DNA of 64,000 nucleotides. Origin: Waddliaceae bacterium (GTDB lineage Bacteria > Chlamydiota > Chlamydiia > Chlamydiales > SLFE01). Location: positions 288,001 through 352,000 of the forward strand of contig CAVYRW010000004.1 in NCBI GenBank assembly GCA_963771045.1, written 5' to 3'. The translations under genes were made by a program, and so were the position numbers. Position 1 is the stretch's first letter, and the number at the start of each line of letters is the position of its first letter. The notes below the pieces were generated by a model. The model had not been told where the DNA came from and did not search any database. It worked only from the letters and a program-made list of their open reading frames with translations. This document shows positions 59,363 to 64,000 of the stretch, one piece after another.

Positions 59363-60472
59363 ATGAAGAATTCTCTTCCTATTATTTCACCCTATTACGT
59401 GAAAAATGTAAAGTTTGCCAAAAGGCAGAATAACGATTTTCTCTCCGTCGTTAAGAAGCGAGTCTTTGAAGAATTTAAAATGAGGGGCATCTCTCAGTAT
59501 GCCAACACCGAAATGATTCTAAAGACTCTTTTGATCACTGCCGCCTATGCCGGCTGCCTGGCTGCCATTTTTTCCAATTACTTTGGCTCTTTGGGGGTGG
59601 TTTTGTGGTATGCGGCATTGGGGTTTGCCTGCTCTATGAACGGCCTCAATATCGCCCACGATGCCATGCACGGCGCTTATTTCAGGTCGCAAAGAATCAA
59701 CAATTGGCTGGCTTATTTTTTTGACTTCAACAGTACAAGCTCTTTTATCTGGAGAATTTCGCACAATACCTATCACCATATATATACGAATATCCCCGGG
59801 CTCGACAATGACATTGATAAGGGAAGCGCCCTCCGCCTTCAGCCCACCGATCCGTTGCTGAAGTTTCATTATTGGCAAAATTGGTATGCGATTCCTTTAT
59901 ATAGTTTGCTGACGTTTAATTGGGCGTGGATTTCCGACATTCTCTGGTGCTGCAAGGAGTTTCGAAAGGGGGCTGTTTCAGTAAAGGACGCGGCCATTTT
60001 TTTTGCCTTCAAAGCGGCCAATCTTTTGGTTTTTGTGGTTTTGCCGATATGTGTTTTGTCTGTTCCCTGGTGGGTGCCGCTCCTTGGCTATTTCCTTTTG
60101 CACATGGTAGCCGGGGTCGTATCGGGAGTCATTTTCCAACTGGGGCATGTTGTGGAAGGTGTTGAATTCATTTCACCCGATCAAGAGGGGAGCCTGCCTT
60201 ATGACTGGGCCCTTCATGAAATGCTTACAACGTCCAACTGCTGCACAAAAAGCCGCTGGGTCGCGTTTTGGGTCGGAGGGCTGAACTACCAAATCGAACA
60301 CCATCTGTTTCCAAATATCTGCCATGTCCATTATCTTTGGATTTGTGATATCGTTAAACAAACCGCTGAAGAATATAATATTCCCTATAAGGTGATTCCC
60401 ACCTTCTGGGGTGCGGTCGCCTCGCATTTAAGGGCGCTGAAAAAACTGGGACGAAAGAAACAATGGCCATGA
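59363..60472 (+). CDS. membrane fatty acid (acyl-CoA/acyl-lipid) desaturase
   Basis: His boxes HDAMH, HNTYHH, QIEHHLFP; TM segments; AGGAG RBS. Confidence 0.9.
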   Translation: MKNSLPIISPYYVKNVKFAKRQNNDFLSVVKKRVFEEFKMRGISQYANTEMILKTLLITAAYAGCLAAIFSNYFGSLGVVLWYAALGFACSMNGLNIAHDAMHGAYFRSQRINNWLAYFFDFNSTSSFIWRISHNTYHHIYTNIPGLDNDIDKGSALRLQPTDPLLKFHYWQNWYAIPLYSLLTFNWAWISDILWCCKEFRKGAVSVKDAAIFFAFKAANLLVFVVLPICVLSVPWWVPLLGYFLLHMVAGVVSGVIFQLGHVVEGVEFISPDQEGSLPYDWALHEMLTTSNCCTKSRWVAFWVGGLNYQIEHHLFPNICHVHYLWICDIVKQTAEEYNIPYKVIPTFWGAVASHLRALKKLGRKKQWP

Positions 60473-61401
60473 AAAAACCACATACACCGATACTTGTACA
60501 GGAATGGTTGGAGTTTTTGGACGGCTCTGCAATCAAAATCTATGTTGACGGAACCCTTGGCGCCGGCGGCCATGCCAAAGCTGTCCTTGAGGCGCATGAG
60601 GAAATTAAATCTTTTATCGGAATTGATCAGGATCCCAATGCCCTTAAAATTGCTTCCGAGGAGCTGAAGGCATGGAAAGAAAAGGCAACTCTTATCCACG
60701 ATAATTTTGAGAATATAGATGCCATCCTATCGTCGAAGGGTATTGATAAGATCGACGGCATGTTATTGGATTTGGGCGTCTCCTCTATGCAATTGGATGA
60801 AGGCGGCAGGGGATTTAGTTTCAGGCATACGGGCCGGCTGGATATGAGAATGAATCCCAATAAAGAGCTGAGCGCCGAGATCATTGTGAATACATGGTCT
60901 CAGGACGACCTCGGTCGTATTTTCAGGGAATACGGAGAGGAAAGGCAGTGGAAGAGGGCGGCCAAAGCGATCGCCTTGAAGAGGGAGGAAAGGCCGATAG
61001 AAACGACCAAGGATCTAGTCGAGGTTCTCAGCGCCGTGTTGATAAAGAATAAGAAAAAAAACACTCACCCCGCTACAAAAATTTTTCAGGCTCTTAGGAT
61101 TGCTGTCAACAGCGAGCTCGAGGTATTGCGCGCCTCTTTACCTAGAATCATCGCCCGCCTGCGCCATGGCGGAATCTTCGGAGTCATTACTTTTCACAGC
61201 CTTGAAGACCGCATCGTGAAGAATTTATTCCGCGATGAAGCCAGCGACAAGCAAAATACTTCAGGGTTGGCGGGGCTTTTTCTTGAAAAAGAAAAAACCG
61301 TTTCCCTTCTCTCCAGAAAGCCTGTCCGGCCGTCGAAAGAAGAGGTCGACGCGAATCCGAGGTGCCGCAGCGCCAAACTGAGGGTGGCAAGGAGGCGATG
61401 A
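60463..61401 (+). CDS. rsmH: 16S rRNA m4C1402 methyltransferase
   Basis: HTPIL, DGTLGAGGH, DLGVSSMQLD, FHSLEDR, RSAKLR. Confidence 0.95.
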   Translation: MAMKKPHTPILVQEWLEFLDGSAIKIYVDGTLGAGGHAKAVLEAHEEIKSFIGIDQDPNALKIASEELKAWKEKATLIHDNFENIDAILSSKGIDKIDGMLLDLGVSSMQLDEGGRGFSFRHTGRLDMRMNPNKELSAEIIVNTWSQDDLGRIFREYGEERQWKRAAKAIALKREERPIETTKDLVEVLSAVLIKNKKKNTHPATKIFQALRIAVNSELEVLRASLPRIIARLRHGGIFGVITFHSLEDRIVKNLFRDEASDKQNTSGLAGLFLEKEKTVSLLSRKPVRPSKEEVDANPRCRSAKLRVARRR

Positions 61402-61679
61402 GAAGTGTGCTTTTAAGAGTCCTCTTCTGCGTTTTTATGGCCGGCGCAACTTTGTACGCATTTATTGAGAGGCAAAACCGCATGACAAAAATGCGGCTCG
61501 AAATCCCTATTCTCGAAAAAGAAGTGCGCATGTTTAAGGAAGAGAGCAGAAGGTTGAAATACGAGATCGAGATGTTTGAAAATCCCGTTCATCTGATTGA
61601 ACTTTTACAAAAGCCTGAATTCGGCCACCTCAAACATCCCCATATCGATGAGGTTACGATTATTGATGAAAGCAGATAG
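61398..61679 (+). CDS. ftsL: cell division protein FtsL-like
   Basis: TM plus coiled coil, between rsmH and ftsI. Confidence 0.7.
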   Translation: MRSVLLRVLFCVFMAGATLYAFIERQNRMTKMRLEIPILEKEVRMFKEESRRLKYEIEMFENPVHLIELLQKPEFGHLKHPHIDEVTIIDESR

Positions 61680-63637
61680 CGGGGACAAGACAAGAGTGAT
61701 ATGGCTGGCAATTTTCGTGATCTGTCTTTTTTCCGTTTTGGTTGCGCAGTTTTTCACTATTCAAGTGATCAATGGAGATTATTGGAGTGAAAAAGCCAGA
61801 AGACAGCATTACTTTTTTGTCGAAGAGCCCTTTATCAGGGGAACGTTTTACTCCAATCCTTCCATCAAAAAAGGACATCCTGAAAAGCCCTACCGTTTTG
61901 TGGCTGACGTACAGAAATTCCACCTGCACGCCGACCCCGATTCTATTCCGGAAAGCGTCAGGGGCCAGCTTGCCGAAAGTTTGGCTTCGCTACTGGAATT
62001 GCCAATCGACGGGATAAGAGAGCATCTGGGTAAAAAAAGCCGCGACAGGCTGCTGGCTATGTGGCTAGGCCCTGACAAAAAGGACGCTGTCTTGTCATGG
62101 TGGAAAGAGTTTGCCAAAGAGCGGGGTATTGTGCGGAACGCCCTTTTTTTTGTCAGCGATTATCAGCGGTCTTATCCTTTTGGAAAAATGCTTGGGCAAA
62201 TCCTCCACACTGTTCAGAATCGACGGGATGATAAAACTAAGCAGGCCATCCCTACCGGGGGGCTGGAGCTGTCTTTGAATTCCTATCTTCAGGGAAAACT
62301 GGGAAAAAGGCTTCTGATGCGCTCTCCAAGGCATTCGATGGAATGGGGGGAGATCGCCATGCCCCCGGAAAATGGAGCAGACGTTTACCTGACAATCAAC
62401 CATTATCTACAAGCGGTTGCCGAAGAGGAATTGGAAAAAGGAGTTAAAAAGTCCGGGGCAAAGGGGGGATGGGCCGTCATGATGGACCCTCATACGGGAG
62501 AGATTTTAGCTTTGGCTCAGTATCCCTTTTTCTATCCGCCCCAGTATCGCGACTATTTCAATGATCCCGATCTTACCCCTGATACCCGCGCCCGTGCTTT
62601 GACCGATGCTCTTGAGCCGGGGTCTATTTTAAAACCTTTTGCCATATTGACCGCTTTTATGGCCAACAATGAGCTAGGTAAAGAAATATTCGACCCGGAA
62701 GAGAAGATTGCCTGTTCCGACGGCACGCTGCCGGGAAGGCAAAAGCCTATGACAGATGTCAGAGTGCACAAGTATCTCAATCTTCCTATGGCTATGCAGA
62801 AATCCTCGAACATATACATGGCTAAAGTTATCGACCGGGTGATCAGCTCTCTAGGGGAGAGGTGGTATCGGAACGTATTGGCGGATGTTTTCGGCTTCGG
62901 GACAAAAACCGATTTGGAGCTTTTTGGTGAAAGTTCCGGTGTTCTTCCGACGCCGGGAAAACTTCACCCGAACGGCAAACTCGAATGGTCGAAACCAACG
63001 CCCTACTCTCTTGCGATAGGACATAATCTGCAGCTCACGAGCATCCAAATCTTAAGGGCGTGGTCTCTTCTGGCAAATGGGGGGAAGATGGTCAGGCCGA
63101 CTCTTGTGAGAAAGATCGTCAAAGACGGCCGGACACTTCTCGACAACACAACCGATAAGAGATTGCAATCTTTTCCCCAAGTGATTGATCCTTCGACTGC
63201 AGCCAAGGTTGTCGACGCCCTTCGTTTTGATACAATGCCCGGGGGAACGGGCATAAAAGCCAATATTGCCGGCTTCACAGAAATTGGGAAAAGCGGCACC
63301 TCCAGAAAAATTGAGAACGGCTCTTATACATCAAAAAAACATGTAGCCTCTTTTGTCGGCTTTGTTCCCGGCGATCAGTCCCGAATTCATTTTGCTGGTC
63401 ACAATTGACGAACCGAAAGTTTGCTACATTCCGGGCGTAGGGCACAACAATCACGGAGGCGTCTCTGCCGCGCCTGTTTTCAGAGAAATTGCGAAAAAGG
63501 CTTTGGAATATTTGGGAACGGCTCCGGACGACCCCTATGGGTATCCTCCTCAGGATCCGAGATACGATCCAATAAAAGCCAAAAGGGTATCGGAAACTCG
63601 TCTGTTGCGGGAAAAGTACGATTCGTGGAATAAATAA
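61666..63637 (+). CDS. ftsI: penicillin-binding protein 3 (FtsI) with one frameshift at ~63367
   Basis: EPGSILK (SxxK), KSSN, GKSGT; C-terminus VTIDEP...GGVSAAPVF in another frame. Confidence 0.88.
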
Positions 63638-63640
63638 AGC

Positions 63641-64000
63641 ATGAAGCTGTTTAAATTGATCAAAGATCTTTCCGTTGACGAAGTTTATGGATCGAAAACC
63701 ATTGAGGTTACAGGGATTAGCAATCATTCGGGGCGTGTCGGGCCTGGCAATCTTTTTATTGCAAAGAAGGGCTCTGTAACAGACGGCAACCTCTACACGC
63801 CTGAAGCGATAGCCGCCGGAGCGGCGGCGATAGTGACTGATATCTATGATCCCTCCTTGAAAAACGTCACGCAAATTGTCTGTCGAAATATTCAGAAAAT
63901 CGAAGGCCTTTTGGCTGCGAGGTATTACGGCAACCCATCTCTTGAATTGCATATGATCGGTGTCACCGGAACAAAAGGGAAAACAACTACGACCTATTTA
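63641..64000 (+). CDS. murE: UDP-MurNAc-tripeptide ligase MurE, 5' part
   Basis: GNLFIAKKG..TDG, IGVTGTKGKTTT; follows ftsI. Confidence 0.9.
   Translation, partial: MKLFKLIKDLSVDEVYGSKTIEVTGISNHSGRVGPGNLFIAKKGSVTDGNLYTPEAIAAGAAAIVTDIYDPSLKNVTQIVCRNIQKIEGLLAARYYGNPSLELHMIGVTGTKGKTTTTYL

Noticed and set aside
63353..63637. Separate small gene or programmed frameshift at the end of ftsI
   Set aside because: It is the FtsI C-terminus after one extra base near 63367; no slippery site seen; likely a sequencing error in an otherwise intact division gene.
265..63952. The many short antisense or alternate-frame ORFs in the track (e.g. 2027..2884, 4041..4733, 30851..31486, 63275..63952)
   Set aside because: They lie opposite or within well-supported genes and show no recognisable motifs.
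1..64000. CRISPR array, rRNA, prophage or integrase
   Set aside because: No regularly spaced direct repeats, rRNA-like sequence, phage genes or recombinase seen.

Overview
Chromosomal window from an environmental Chlamydiota bacterium (Parachlamydiales/Waddlia-like), inferred from gene order and protein style. It carries chlamydia-type core clusters: parE-parC-recX, rluD-dtd-khpA, tRNA-Arg, kdsA-lpt, two ndk, pheT, radA-rnc, lipoate ligase-gcvTHP, nqrBCDE, dnaA and rsmH-ftsL-ftsI-murE. AT-rich orphan or effector-like genes are interspersed (F-box, pseudokinase, ankyrin fragment, secreted NDK, secreted 2H phosphoesterase). Features not in the ORF track: (1) a 1.56-kb IS5/IS903-group element with ~59-bp terminal inverted repeats and a perfect 9-bp target duplication that encloses a GxxExxY nuclease passenger gene; (2) an IS256 element 47 bp away, with both elements inserted in one gene that can be rebuilt in frame; (3) an orphan copy of the IS end beside fadL; (4) a MITE family with 8-bp target duplications plus two other long palindromes; (5) a truncated ornithine-decarboxylase-like remnant; (6) about nine single-base frameshifts in gcvH/gcvPA/gcvPB. 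All calls are by eye from motifs and recalled synteny; no database searches were run.
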